Shown in pieces: positions 37,780-51,563 of a stretch of 64,000 nucleotides of DNA. The notes beneath the pieces were generated by a model that saw only the letters and a list, made by a program, of their open reading frames with translations, was not told where the DNA came from and ran no database searches. Source of the DNA: Zancudomyces culisetae HAW-14-8. Taxonomy: Eukaryota > Fungi > Kickxellomycota. The position numbers were made by a program, and so were the translations under genes. How positions within the stretch are numbered: position 1 is the stretch's first letter; the number at the start of each line of letters is the position of its first letter. The stretch lies in contig JBNJNM010000019.1 of the NCBI GenBank assembly GCA_052426225.1, forward strand, positions 95,184 to 159,183, given 5' to 3'.

Positions 37780-37876
37780 TGCTTCATACCAGGATCGAAC
37801 TGGTGATCTTCGCGTGACTCTATCATAGTTGTTTATACTATAAGCACGACGCATTAACCAACTATGCTAATGAAGC
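37780..37876 (-). tRNA. tRNA-Ile(UAU) with a 23-nt intron (37838-37816)
   Basis: Acceptor stem GCTTCAT/ATGAAGC, D arm TAGCATAGTTGGTTAATGC, anticodon TAT (37842-37840), intron after position 37, T arm ACCAGTTCGATCCTGGT, downstream oligo-T terminator. Confidence 0.93.
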
Positions 37877-38792
37877 TTTTTTTTGTTGTGTGTTGCCATG
37901 TTTAACGTCCCATTTAGTGTTTTTTACACCAAATAACACACGGGACGGGTCATTTTACTTACCTTTTACTATATGCTGCGAATTATTCTACAGTACTTTG
38001 GATTTTGCAAAAGAGGACATTTATTTAGTTAAACAAAAATTTCAATTTTATACAATAAAATCTACAAAAAATCTAACTAAAAATTACAAAACACAATTAA
38101 CCAATGGAAATGTTTCGCCTATTGTAGGCATACAACATTTTTGTTAGCAAATTTATAAATATATATACAACATTATTATTTTTTAAGTTTAAGGTTATAA
38201 GTAGCATAGTATCTAAGAGCTGTTTTTATTAATAGGCTCAGCTAATCCGTTTTATTGACCTTAACAAAAAACATCTGGAGAAAAAAGAGTTCAATGTCTA
38301 GAATAACTTTGATTACATGTTTGTCATTGTATTTCTTCAGTTTTCATACACTACTTTTATAAGGTATAAAGTATTTTACAATATTTTTGTTAAGCAATTT
38401 TTGTAGTTGCATAATTATTCATACTTTTGGTATGTTAGACATAAGGTTTTTCTAATATTTACAAATGTTAACAAACTACTAAAGATTATGTTTTTCAGAA
38501 AAACCATACTATAAATTAAATTTATTAATATCATATTTTACAGCTGAGTAGAGCTAAAGTAGAAACCATCTAACTGTCAACACAAATAAAATCCACACGA
38601 CATTTTTTTCAAAACTTTTAATAGGTATTACTTTTACTTTTTTTAAAGAGTTATATAAGATGGATTTTTTTTATATTTTCGCAGATGCGTACCTAAAAAT
38701 TTCGTAGAAAGATACAATTTATTGAAACATAATAAAATAAATCCCCTTCTATAAATTAAAATCCGAAACTGCACATTTAAACCTCAAAGACA

Positions 38793-40306
38793 TTAAACTG
38801 GAAAAGATCCAAGTCTAATAAAAGCTGCAAGTGACTCAGTATAAGATGAAAGCTCTTCTGTCGCTACACTGTGACCACATCCATCAAAAATTCTAAATAC
38901 TGCAGCATCTGGGCCGATTTGAGTAAACATATGTTCAGAGTTCCCGTGGTCAATAAAGTTGTCACGATTTCCTGTTAAAATCCAAATTCTTCTTCCCGAA
39001 TAAAGCCTTCCGATCTCTTTTAGTGATTCATCAGGAACATGGTGTCGAAACACAGCCATCATATGCCCTAAAATGGATGATAATCCGTGGAGTTTGGTGT
39101 TGTTTAACCTACGCTGCACACTCTATATCATTTTTTTAATGATATAACGTAATAATTAGGTTTCATTTTGACCCGAATTGGATATCGATTTTTTGGGTAT
39201 CTTAAATATAAAATATTTAATGTAATCCAGCATAAGATGCTCAATAGTAGCAAGTGAAAATTCCTAGTATAATTTTTTTTACCTCCATAATAAACTCGCG
39301 ATTTGTTTGCTGTGTTGCAGACAGCTCTGATATTTTATCCAGCCATTTCTATTAGCATTCAAACTTATGTTCATTATATTTCATATTCAGTCACCAATAT
39401 AAACTTGGTTATTAGTCTGATACACAAAAAAAATAGACTTTACATTTGAGTGTAGGACTTCCAAAATGACTTTTGTCTTATCAAGCTGTTTATCTAAAAA
39501 TAAACATTTAATGTTTGCAGCAACACATTCCCTTCCAAAAAGTGTTCTTCCAGATGTTGTACTAGAAAGGGTAAGCGTTCGAATGGTATCCGGTGGAGCC
39601 AATAATGAAAGTTCCATCGCTATCATCCCGCCCATACTTGTTCCGACTATGTTTATGGGTTCACCAGACCATCCAACTCCTTCGATTAGCTCTAAAGTGT
39701 CTTTTGCCATTTCTCGTGTAGTTCTACGCATCAGGAGTACACTTATAAACCTTAGTATATATTCAATCAAGTAGAACCAACTTAATAATTATAAAGATAT
39801 TCTAGCTGTATTCAGCTAATCGCTCTACTAACACTGAAGGTTATGTCGTATTAAAGGATATTGCATAAAAGTTTTACAATTTGAGCGTTGAACCATCATC
39901 AGAATATCCGGTATTTCTGTTATCGAATGTCAACATTTGGAATTCTGGCTGCGTTTTCTTAAATACTGAGACCTTTGTTATTATAATAAAACAAATATAT
40001 TTGGGTATGTCAGTGTGATATTTGCTAAGGCATTTGCTTGGCATACTGGGAGGTATCGAAAGGACGGTTAAAAAACAAAAGTAATAAAGCTTAAAAGTAG
40101 CAAAGTCAAAAAAGTCATATATTTACCACTAATTCCCACATTTGCCTATCGGTTCCCATTCCATTTATAAAGACAACTTTAGTATCGCCTTTACCATATA
40201 TTTCATAGTATAAACGACACGGATTTCCTCTTTTCTGGCCTACTGATACCTTGCCTTTAGTTTGCAAAGCATCAGCATTAATATTAAATTCGTCCCTCGA
40301 TTCCAT
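38793..40306 (-). CDS. Alpha/beta hydrolase; exons 40306-40127, 39972-39878, 39723-39444, 39348-39283, 39122-38793
   Basis: LYYEIYGKG..VFINGM, FDNRNTGYS, TTREMAKD, nucleophile elbow GTSMGG, TGNRDNFI (Asp), GCGH (His); GT-AG introns keep the frame. Confidence 0.88.
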
Positions 40307-40850
40307 TCTTTGGATTTTGTGGCTAGACTATACTAATCGGTCAGTCAATTCTTATCAAATGTGAGGTTACTATTTATACCTTAGATGAAACACTTTCAAT
40401 TGTTGTGGAATTGATTTTTTCAACTAAAAGCAAAGGTTGGTTATAATTATTTTTTCAAAGCTAATTGGTTTTAATTTTTTAATAGAGGATTGCGCCAATG
40501 ATTATTGCGATGGTTTTTCGAAATATTCTATAAAAAAGGGAGTGGGGGGGATAGATTACTGGAATATGAAAATATGACCTTTATACTAAAGCTTAGTAAC
40601 TTGTTTGGTTGCAAATATTAAAAACCGGATACGAGTTGAGTTGAGTTGAGTTGAGTTTGAGCATAATTACTAGGAAAATTGGCAAGAGAGCAATATTTCA
40701 TATTTGATAAATTATCTTGCTATTTTTTTAGCACGAATCTTAATCTATTTTAAAATACTTACTAAAACAAGAAAGTGAATACTTAAAAGGAGTCGAGTGA
40801 AAAAAAGCTAGCTAAATCAAAATACCAAACAGTAAAAAATAAAACATAAA

Positions 40851-41972
40851 ATGGAAAACAAGAAAAAGAAACGAAATTTTAAAAGCTTAAAAATCGATCT
40901 GGAATCCGGGGAAGGCACAATAGACAAAGGACTAGTAAAGTTGGAAGACAAAAATATGGGAACGATGAATTTTGAACGAGAAGGAAAAAAAGAAGATTGC
41001 GATGAAGATAAAGTGATACGGATAGGGTTCTCACAGCTAGACATCACTGAAAAGGATATAGAAATCAAAACTAATGAAGAAAAATCTGTTCTGGGGGCAG
41101 GGGTTAGTGGGATGGTGTACCGAGTGAAACACCGAGCCAGTGGAACACTGATGGCTATGAAAGTGGTAAAGCTGGAGCAGACTACGACAACAAGCACAGC
41201 ACAGCAACTATTGAAAGAGCTGGAGATATTGAATGAATGTAATTCTCCATTTATAGTATCATTCTACGGAGCATTTTGCAACATTGGTGTGAATATCAAC
41301 AACGGTGGTGGAGGGGGAGGAGGTAGCAACATGGTGAAAATATTTATGGAATATATGGATGTGGGATCATTTGATAGGATATACCGAAAAAATGGACCGA
41401 TTCCAGTTACAGTAATAGGGCTAATGACATATTCTGTAATCCAGGGACTGACATACCTATACAACACACATCGAATTATGCACAGAGACATTAAGCCATC
41501 AAACATTTTATTAAATTCAAAAGGATATATAAAACTGTGTGACTTTTCTATATCTAAGCAAATGGAAAGTAATAACAGCATTGCAAACACGTTTGTGGGA
41601 ACAGCAATTTACATGGCACCAGAAAGAATGCAGGGGGCTGAATACTCAGTCAAGTCAGATGTGTGGTCACTTGGAACGACGGTTTTGGAACTTGCGCTGG
41701 GGAGACACCCATTTGGATTTCAGCAAACCAGCATCTTTGAGATGATGCACTATATTTCGACCAGCGAAAAATTGTCCATCCTGGACCCAACTAAGTACGA
41801 AAAAAACCTGTGTAGCTTTGTTGACGGATGTCTGGCTAAAGATCCAAACACCCGTCCCACTCCAAATGCTCTTCTTGCTCACCCCTTTGTCTTGTCCCAC
41901 TCTGACCTGTATTATAAAAATACCGAAAAACTTACCCTCCTCCGAAATTGGTTGAATTCCTTAATCCTTTAG
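40851..41972 (+). CDS. MAP kinase kinase (Ste7/Byr1-like)
   Basis: N-terminal MAPK docking site KKKRNFKSLKI, LGAGVSGMV, MAMK, HRDIKPSN, SIANTFVGT, YMAPERM. Confidence 0.92.
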   Translation: MENKKKKRNFKSLKIDLESGEGTIDKGLVKLEDKNMGTMNFEREGKKEDCDEDKVIRIGFSQLDITEKDIEIKTNEEKSVLGAGVSGMVYRVKHRASGTLMAMKVVKLEQTTTTSTAQQLLKELEILNECNSPFIVSFYGAFCNIGVNINNGGGGGGGSNMVKIFMEYMDVGSFDRIYRKNGPIPVTVIGLMTYSVIQGLTYLYNTHRIMHRDIKPSNILLNSKGYIKLCDFSISKQMESNNSIANTFVGTAIYMAPERMQGAEYSVKSDVWSLGTTVLELALGRHPFGFQQTSIFEMMHYISTSEKLSILDPTKYEKNLCSFVDGCLAKDPNTRPTPNALLAHPFVLSHSDLYYKNTEKLTLLRNWLNSLIL

Positions 41973-44839
41973 TGTAGATTTCCTTTAAATAAACATCTTC
42001 CTTTTTTGCATTTCTTGAATCATAATAAAAAAGGAGATGGATACATATACAACTGAAATACAAAATATTTATGGTGAAACGGATATACATTGATCCAAAG
42101 ATATCAGTGTATACATTTCAAAGAGTAGTCTGAATTGAGTTACGACTCCATTAAAGGAAGCCGCCTTGCGTATCGCACTACATATTGTAATTACAACTAC
42201 AACAAAAAAGGGTTCCCATATGACTCTTTGGAGGCTGTTTTTACCATCGACTTTCAAAACTCTTTTCTCGAGACTGAATTTCCCAGTACTTCAAGTATCA
42301 CCACTTGTATCTTTATTCCATTGGATAACTCCCTCGACTTTGTAATATCTTTGTATTCCGGTCATGAAACCGGAGTGTTGGTATTTACAAACCAGAATAA
42401 TAATGAAAACTATGGGGATTGGCGTGATTAAATAAGCTGGTTTACGAACTATTCGTGTTTCGGATTGAATAATTGAAACTTTTATTTCATATTCTATACC
42501 TGCATTCACTCTCTACCCGAAAGCAGGAAGTGAAATAAAATATAGAAATCAACAAAAGTTATTTGTTTAAGTTCCAAGGTGTAACGACTTCCACTCTTAT
42601 AGACGATATCAGATTGTATGACAAGGTAGCAGTTAAAAAGACAAAAAGATTTGACCCCGCTTCATTCTCTTCCCTCAGTTTACCCTCCCTCATTTCTCCT
42701 CCCTTATATTTCAAAGGAAAGTGAAAGGAATTTGAATAATATAACCAAAGGCCTCTTCGATAAAAAGAGGTGTCAAAACTTCTTGTATTTCAAAGTCCCC
42801 TTGAGCATAAATCAGACATGCAACTATTAGGAGACGGATACCCTTACACCAGAACATAAACATATTCATCAAAATACAAGAAAAATCCTAGATGTAAATC
42901 AACAGATTCTACACATTCAATCACCACACCCGCCTTCATTCTTTCCAATTGTGAAACATCCAAAACAACGGTCATGACCAAAAATCCGAAAATAAGGCAA
43001 AACCAAGAAAATTAAGAAATAAAGAGCATGGCAATACTTGAAATGCAGGCAAATTGCAGAATAAGAAAAAAGCCACATTTTCTGGTAACGTCTAAAAACA
43101 AGCCCCACAAATGCGTATACATCACGAAGGGTTAACCCTGACTGATTTAACAGGGTTCTCATCAAGAGCCTTCATTAACACAACATATAAGCACAAGAGC
43201 CACTTCATATACTTTCATATATAAAAGTAACCCTCTCGTTGTAGTTTTTTCTCAGACCTTCCCAAGGGTAATTAAAAAAACAACACATTTAATGTCTTGT
43301 TATGCGTTAACCCCTAAATATTGACGCAAGCTTCTGACCGTTTACTAAATATTTTGATTTCTAGTTATTATACCCGCCAACTTTTTAGATTTAATCCTTT
43401 TACAAGAAAAAATAGCAAGGATTCTAAAGGTCATCCATACCAGGATAAAAAATATTAAGGAATTTAAACTCTCTCTTTAAAATTTTCGAAAACCGCTCTT
43501 TTATTTATGCAATATCAATATTCATCGATCCAAAATCAGAAAAAAATTCGTAATCACACACCCATAAAAATAAGATATTCGCAGAATATATGAATTAATT
43601 AATAGCCACCCTCTACTCATCTCAGAAATAATAAAGAAAAAGTAATCCAGAGAGAAAAATGTCAAAGACATTTACCAAAGTCTGGTTTTTTTTGTTAGAA
43701 ATACAAAGCAAATATACATCCGCATAAAACGAATGAGAGCTGCACAATACCACCGAAGATCACAATAAATTTCTTGCGAAATGTATAATAAAAGTAATTA
43801 GATGAAAACTTATCTTCCTCCCACTCTTTTTATTTATATTTAAAAAAAGGTCGGATAGTCACAAAACATACCCAAGCATGTTCCTATGTATTCACCCATC
43901 ACAATAAGATAATGATAAGCGACATTTTGATAAACCTCCTAATAAAAATAGAAAAACCATACTATCTCAGATATAGAGATACTTACTCTTATCCTGTGGG
44001 ATCAAGACAGCACTCCGCAATTGAAGACAAACTCCCACTCATGCCTTTTATGAATTCCCTTATTCTAATCTCACTTTCTAGCCATTAACCTAATAACGCT
44101 AGGTAAGTTTAAAACAATGGAAAGCATCATGTCAAGGTAAAAGAAGAGTTCATTAATTTAATTTATCATATTTAATTTTGTCACTTTTGCCATTTTTGGG
44201 GAAGAGAAAATAAAAAAATTTTCTAGTTAAAAATGCTGCGGTTAAAAAAAGTAATAATGATAACAATGACTTGAAAGAACACGTTGTTTTGGGGGGGAAC
44301 CAACCCCTTAACCCTTCCCTCAATAAAATGAAGAAAATAGAAACAAAGTAAAAGCGGAAAATTTTTTCAACTCGGGATTTTTTTTTTACTTTGCCAATTA
44401 CAACGGGGCAGGAATTATATCCATTCAACACATTCCAATCATCGCATTATTAGTTTGTTTGTAAAGCGATTGTCCACGATGAGTAAATTGGATGTGAGTA
44501 GTAAATAAACTAATATATGAGAAACCCAAAGCTAACAACTGGTATAGCTACTAAATTAGCGTGGGTGAAGTTTCTCAATGTGATCTAATACATGCCTACC
44601 CCCATATTATAAATGGTCAGTCGCGCACAGCTATGCATTGATTCGTTGTGTTCCTGGAACATTTTGAAAGTAGTATCAATACTGCTGATGGCGGAGATGA
44701 GAAGAAAAAGAGTGTATTTTTTTTAGCAACGTATTCCTCCGCTTTAATTTTCATATGCAAGTACAGCTATGCATACAATTCCAAAAAATAAAGTACAAAA
44801 GTGATAAAGCACAGCTATACGTGAGAATTCTCTACATTG

Positions 44840-46189
44840 CTAAGAGAACTCGAAAAAATTAAAACTGTAGCCACTAGGTTTGGAGTGCGAAACACCTATA
44901 TCTTTAGGGCAAGGGTCATTGGGAGCAGAGGGGGTAAGAAATGATAGATTAGTAGGTCTCAGCTCAAGTTTTTGGATCGGATAGCATATTTTTTGATTGT
45001 AGAAGAGATATGGCTTATTGTCATAAAAAATTCCATCCATTCTGCCAGATTTGCGGTTTAAAATCAAATAATAAAACCCATCAATAAACATCTGGGACTC
45101 AACACTGGAACCCTTGATATATCCTGTTTCTTTTATTCTGATAAACAAGTAATTATCAAGTTCTGAGGGCATGTACCTTCCCCTCCATTCCGGATCGAAT
45201 GGTGTCGTAGACGTAAACCAGAAACTATCATCTCTACCTGCGTTGCCACTCCTAGGGGTTTCAAAATTATGTGGGTTCAAAAGACTCCAGTAGGCCAAAT
45301 CTGTATTTGTTGACGCGCCCCATCGTCTAGTCCATTGGTCAAAATTCCTAAAATCAACTATTTCACCACTAAACTTTGTTATGACTTCTCTGGCATACCA
45401 TGGGATATTAAACATTCGTAACGAGCCACATAAAACGCCGTTTTCAATATCAACCTCTTCTAGTTCTATAATTACACTCCACTTTGCATTTCTTCTACCA
45501 TCAACCATCGTGGAATAGCTGATATCTGGTACGTTCATTAGCCTTGAGTCGTTCAGTATCTCTGTGTCGGCATTTATCAACCTTTGTACCCCCTTGAATC
45601 GGATGCCTGGCCGTAAAAACGACGAATTCAATCTCCTCAGTGGCGACAGCCCGCGCGGTATATTTCCAAGGCTGTTTTCGTTGAGCTCGGTTATTTCTGT
45701 TACTATTATAAACTCATCTGGCGGAGTAACAGATCTAGTATAATCAAACTTTAATTCGGATAGCAAATCTTGCAGAGCGAACTCTTGTCTTGAACTCGTT
45801 CTATCTTCCGAGAGGGCTATGTTGGTATGGGTATCAAGTGCTCTGCTGCTATTCTCTACTATATCTGTATCGCTATCCCTCTCATTGGAAAATTCTTCGG
45901 GCGAGAAACTTTGGTTAGTATCAGTAAGTCTATTATCGTACCCACCTCTCACTTCGATTGCTTGTACACCATCATTGATTTCAAACCTCCAATTTCGATT
46001 GTAGATTATATTTTGCCCTCCAAAAATATCGGTTTCTATCTCCATCAATCCAATACCCTCATTTTCAGTGGAAAATTCTGAACTATATAGTAAGCGCCTT
46101 CTAAGATCTAATCTGTCTTCTAAAGCGGATTGCTGGTCAAGTGGTTCTTCTTCTGGAATCCTTGATTCTGTATTGTTAAAAATTGACAT
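44840..46189 (-). CDS. GID complex substrate receptor Gid4/Vid24-like
   Basis: SSFLRPGIRFKGVQ, W.V.I..VD...LCG, TKFSGEIVD, FIRIKE, DGFYY, DGIFYD..QKLEL. Confidence 0.85.
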   Translation of the reverse strand: MSIFNNTESRIPEEEPLDQQSALEDRLDLRRRLLYSSEFSTENEGIGLMEIETDIFGGQNIIYNRNWRFEINDGVQAIEVRGGYDNRLTDTNQSFSPEEFSNERDSDTDIVENSSRALDTHTNIALSEDRTSSRQEFALQDLLSELKFDYTRSVTPPDEFIIVTEITELNENSLGNIPRGLSPLRRLNSSFLRPGIRFKGVQRLINADTEILNDSRLMNVPDISYSTMVDGRRNAKWSVIIELEEVDIENGVLCGSLRMFNIPWYAREVITKFSGEIVDFRNFDQWTRRWGASTNTDLAYWSLLNPHNFETPRSGNAGRDDSFWFTSTTPFDPEWRGRYMPSELDNYLFIRIKETGYIKGSSVESQMFIDGFYYLILNRKSGRMDGIFYDNKPYLFYNQKICYPIQKLELRPTNLSFLTPSAPNDPCPKDIGVSHSKPSGYSFNFFEFS

Positions 46190-47901
46190 TTTGTGTGCAT
46201 GTTACGATTTTATCGCTTAGTTTTCGAATAAACCTTAAGAAAACGGAAAGAAAACAAATTAGTACCAGATTCGTGTTTGAGTGTTGTGGTAATAATATCG
46301 TATAAATTAAATTCTGTGTGTTGTTTTTTCTCTTTGAAATTCCGATGTTGATTAAGTAACTGTACAATCTAGATAAATTTTAAAGATTTTCTCAGCTACA
46401 GGCTCGCTGTATTTAGATCTAAAGAGCTCTTTTAGTAGATAATATGGTCATTGGTTTTTTAAAAAAATACGTCCCTTAAACCATTAGGTAATATAAAAAA
46501 GACAGTATTATTAAACCAATATGATAATACCTCGATGTCTGTTTTGTTATATGGTGAATCGTTAAAGTAGGGCTTTATTAAGGCGTTTGACCTTTCTTGT
46601 TATTTTATTCTTTTTAAATATGGTTTTTTAAGACAGTTTTAAAAACTAAAGCTAGAACTATTCCTACAAATAAGCGATGAGGATAAGTGTAAAGTGAATT
46701 AGAAATAGATTAAAAATGCAAATCATGCCTGTGTAATAGTTTACAGCTTTTTGATTCAGAATAATTATAATTATAAAGTTATGGTTGATCTTAATAAAGA
46801 GTAGTAAATTTATTATTATTTAAAAAACAAGTTGTCTAAAAAGACAACTTGCTCTGCAAATTCAGACGATACTCTGCCTCCATTTTTAATTTTTTTCTAT
46901 ATGAACTGTAATCTGATAATACAGTTAATAAAATAGCAATGATATTAAAACAATCACGAGTCTGCTGGTTAAGAGAATCTATTATTCATTGATTCATTGA
47001 TTCATTACTTGGAATTACACTATCGCTATCTATCAAAATATATTTACTCTTTACACCATCAAAACTTTGAATATAGGCAGTTATAACTCTATCAATATTT
47101 TAAAATATTTGTAAACATTGAATATTCAGAAAAACTCGACAAATTAAAAACTTCGAGGGCTGTAATTGACATTATATGTACAAACAATGATATGATTACC
47201 ACTAGGGCTAAAGATTTGAGAACTTCACATCTACCCATAAACATGGTATAAACGTGACTATACGAGCAGAAGTAGAAAAACAATTCACAGCGATTTTGTG
47301 TATTAACAAGCAGATGTACAGGTTCACGTTCTCAGTACCCCCCCCCCCCCCCTGTTAATCTAGTCTTGAGAGATGCTTTGCTACTGATAATACTACTCTC
47401 ATTTCTTGTTTTGATGAAATATTCTGTTCTCTATTTGGGGAACAATGAGACAGGTAAGATTTTTTTTTTGCTCTTTTAAGAAAATCCAAAACACTTGTTC
47501 TTTCGTTGTCGCGAAAAGGATGCTAGATGATCTTTAATTTCTAAGATGATAGAATACATCACGTTCGAAAATAAAAATAAAAATAAAAATAAAAACAAAC
47601 AAGTAACTAGATAAACTTGAGTTAAAGCTATCAGAGTTTTCATAAAGCATATTTGAAACGTGATTACAATAAACAGTTATATGGAGACTAGTGAATAACC
47701 AGCACTATGTTTGAGGAGAAATCAGTTAGAAAATAACAGCTTTAGTTTTGAAAATATTAGAGGTAATATTGGAGCAAAATAATAGGCTACGTGACGCTGT
47801 ATTCGTGTGTCTGCATCTAGTTGACGAGCCTGGCCTGGCATAAGTAATCATCGCTCAAGTCAGACTTAGAGCATAATAGTACAGGTATTGAAGAGATTTG
47901 T

Positions 47902-49579
47902 TTAGGAGTTTAGATGGGTATCAGCAAAGTCGGCAAAGTGACTTCGAGCAAGCTCGATATTTAATTTGACCATTGCTACTTCTATAAATTTTAGTACATA
48001 TTGGATATAAATATGGTTAAAATTGAAGAATAGAGATAATCTACACACACACACACACATTCACACAACTATATATATGTATATGTACTTGTATATACAG
48101 GTATACAAACAAGTTGAATATTCAATTTAGACATTAAAAAAAAGTAAATGCTTTTTCTTATGCTGTTGTACGGTTTACAACTAGTAGCTCTGACACCACA
48201 GTAGTGAAGAGAAAAAAAAATAATCTGCGTACCTATATCTGTGTCTTGAAGCACAACCAAAATGTAGGTGGACTTGGTAAATGGCTCAAGAAAAATAGAG
48301 AATTCACCGTTTTTTATATGAACACTTTCAAAAGGAGCGCGAAGTGCACTACATGCCTGCCTGTAGCATTTTATGGATTCGCTAATTTTAACATACTTTT
48401 CGTGAAGACCTTCTGAATCATTCTCTGTAATATTCTCCTGGTTACGGGTGTGGGAAACTACGAGAAATGTTGATCTTTCAAACATTACAACTTCAACCGC
48501 TCCGCTTGATGCACAAAACCCCTGTAATTTGCTGTCTATTATTTCGATATTGGGTACTAGTTTATATGCAATTCTAGACCAAGCCTATATTTATATTAAA
48601 TATGCTGTATTAGGTATGTTTTTCGGTATTTTATAGAGTTGTTAATATAATGGAGTTTTGGAGGTATTGGAGTAATTGGGGCATATATGTGTACAATTAA
48701 AATAATAAAGGATATTCACCCTATATAGTGTATAATTCCATATTGTTGTTGCAAAATATTCAGCCCTGAAAGGTTTGGTTAGGGGTTCTAATTCTGCCTT
48801 GTATTTCTCCAAAATGACACTCTGTAACTCTGGTTTTACTAGATCTATTTTATGGATCAGGCAGAATATCTTTGCTGTCGGAGAACATTCCAAGAGAGAC
48901 GTTAGACATTGTTTATAATATCGAAATTCGCTTTCTTGGTCTCTACTCTCAATATCAAACACATAAATCAACACTTCGACATCTGAGAACACAATATCTT
49001 TTTGTTCGTTGATATAATCGTTCATAAATCGAGTCTGCCTAATGTAAATATTTTGAAAAATATGGAATGTTTGGCTCAATTTTATTTTAATATAGAATTA
49101 GATTTCAAGGATTAAATATTCTTACCCTCCACAATCCCAGATGTTTAGGTTTAAATCTCCGATAAAATGAACAGTGGAATGTTCAATCTCCACTATGAAT
49201 TAAAGTTTGGTTTTTTAAAAAAAATTGATCGGAATGAAGCAAAAGTAGTAAAAATATACTTTAATATATGCGACAAAAACAGAACAAACATATAAAGTAG
49301 GATTGCCAAGTATATTTTGGAATTCTTGTGTATTTGCTTACTTGTTGCTCCCAATCTACGGGTTTCTGCAGCAGGGAGATTTGAAAATATAATCGCTCTC
49401 ATTGACGTCTTGCCAGCTCCACCCTTACCCATCAAAAGGATCTAGAGGTGTTCGAGAAAAAAAATACAAGAATGGTGTTAGTAAAAAAATAAAATATAAA
49501 AATTCTGGAATTGTACTGAGGAACAAAGCGACAGGATGCTATTTTATATCACACGAGGAATCCTTACCTTTTTTCGCAT
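47902..49579 (-). CDS. GTR1: Rag GTPase Gtr1/RagA; exons 49579-49568, 49441-49342, 49192-49126, 49038-48720, 48584-48233, 47981-47902
   Basis: Spliced [65 protein letters not shown]. Confidence 0.93.
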
Positions 49580-51504
49580 GTTTTCTAATTCTTTTTCCTG
49601 TTCTAGTTGTGCAAAATTTTTGTATTATTGTGCTGAGTGTTTAGATGGTATTTTTTCTATTTTTAGTATAGACCACTATATATTATTTTTCATACATTAA
49701 GTGTAAATTGAAGATAAAATACCCTCTATAACTACGTTTTTTTTTATTGGAAATTTTATCAGAGATACGAGAATAGGTGTTAATTTATTTGAAGCTTGTT
49801 TGTGATCACTTTTACACGCTGTTGATACAAAATTCAAATTTCAAAGAGAGATATTGAGAATAGAACAATGAGGGAATTTAACTAGAAACAATAATATTTA
49901 AAGTTCTCGATTTATTTATTTATTTAAAGATTTATAACCACTTTTGATAAATGCGTGGTGAATATTAGGAGTTTCTAGAGGGAAGAGAAATTATTGATTA
50001 TGTAGTGATTAAATAGAATTGTTTTTTTTGGTAGTTTGTTGTAATTGATGACATATCCATAATGTACTATATGAAAGAAGTGGTTTATCTGTATGAACAG
50101 CTATAGTTTAAAGCTTATTCAGATAAAAATTATTGATGTGAAAAAGAGGAAGTAGTGAACTTTGAACGATATATAAACATTTGCCTTTATCTGTCAAGTA
50201 TATTACTTTTGCCCCAAATTTAGATTTCTCGGTACTGAAAAAGCTTTCAATAGTTTTACACAACTGGGTTCTTGAGCTTGATCAGAATTTTTGATTATTG
50301 TAAATAAATTGAAGGATATAATGCTAATGAAATAAAAATTGGCTGTATCCCAACCTTGAACATGATTTTGAATGTTAATAGAGAAGCGAGGTGGTGAAAT
50401 AAATATCGGCAGTGCGGCTTTTGGTTGTTTTTCGCTAACTTAAATGTAAATAGGAATTAGAAGGATGAGTTTGATTAATTCATATCAATGCTTTGACTAT
50501 GTAATGAGATCCAAACTAAGGGAAATTTGGTGGTATTTCTATCCAGTATCATTGCTATAATGACTACCAGTTCAGTCAGAAAGTACAAAATAAGTTTATT
50601 TATTTTAATGTGTTTTAAGTAATTTTATATATACGGGTTGGCTTTCAAATGGACACCATCTTTACAATGAGAAAATACCGAAAACTTTATGTATTTGTTG
50701 TAATTTATTTAACTTGACACATCTTGTTAAAATAAACAATTATAATATAAATAATTTGATTAACAACACACACACATATATATGTGTTTATATATACGCA
50801 TATGTAAGCCTAAGGCTTAAAGCTGTAGTTGGAGATCAAAATAACAGGTTAATAACAAACTATATGTTAATAATATCTGTTCAAGGAGTAAAAAAAAATC
50901 CAATGTTAGTATGGGATTAAAAATATTTTCTAGCCACCAAGAAAGTTTAGACTAGCCGCAAATAGTAATAGGATTAATTGTATTGAAGCGATATCAGTTT
51001 GTATTAATGATCATATAGGAGTGTATCTGAAAAGAAGTGATGTGGACATAGTAGAGGATGAGAACTCTGGTAGGTTAATAAACTTAAATTTTGCGTAGTG
51101 GGTTATTCTGATGTTTTGGTATGTTGGAATAAAGGATTAGATTTTGAAGTATTCTACATAATGACTATAAGACACTAGCAAATAGTAGACCTGTAAATGT
51201 GTAGGATTGATAAGCCACACTAATTTGCCATTAATAGGTGGATGGGTGCTACTGGTATAATAGATCAAATAAGATTGAAATCTTAAATATTGAATTTTTT
51301 TATTACAAAGAAATGGGAAATCCCAGTGAGTGATTGAATTATGGTTTATGATCTGTCAAAGAAAAGGAACTTGAACATGTGAGATTGTTGACCATAACTG
51401 AGAACCAAAAAAAGAGTGGCAAATGGATTTGTTCGCTAAATTTCAAGCTTTTCTAATAAGAAAAATGAAAAAATGCTTGAAAAATGAGGAGGTGTGGAAA
51501 CGAG

Positions 51505-51563
51505 GGAAAATGGAAAAAATGGAAAAAACAGAGAAATGGAAAAATGGAAAAATGGAAAAATGG
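51505..51563. repeat. (GGAAAAAT)n-like short tandem repeat
   Basis: Directly visible, about 6 imperfect copies. Confidence 0.8.

Noticed and set aside
39853-39861. ATATCCTTT (U12 donor-like) on the minus strand in the hydrolase gene
   Set aside because: It lies inside a canonical GT-AG intron after an in-frame stop, and is not needed for the gene model
42792-42800. AAAGTCCCC resembling the RNase MRP P4 motif
   Set aside because: No matching downstream GGGGCT partner on the same strand at a plausible distance
46828-46851. Perfect 10-bp inverted repeat CAAGTTGTCT/AGACAACTTG
   Set aside because: Isolated, with no second copy or supporting context; compatible with chance
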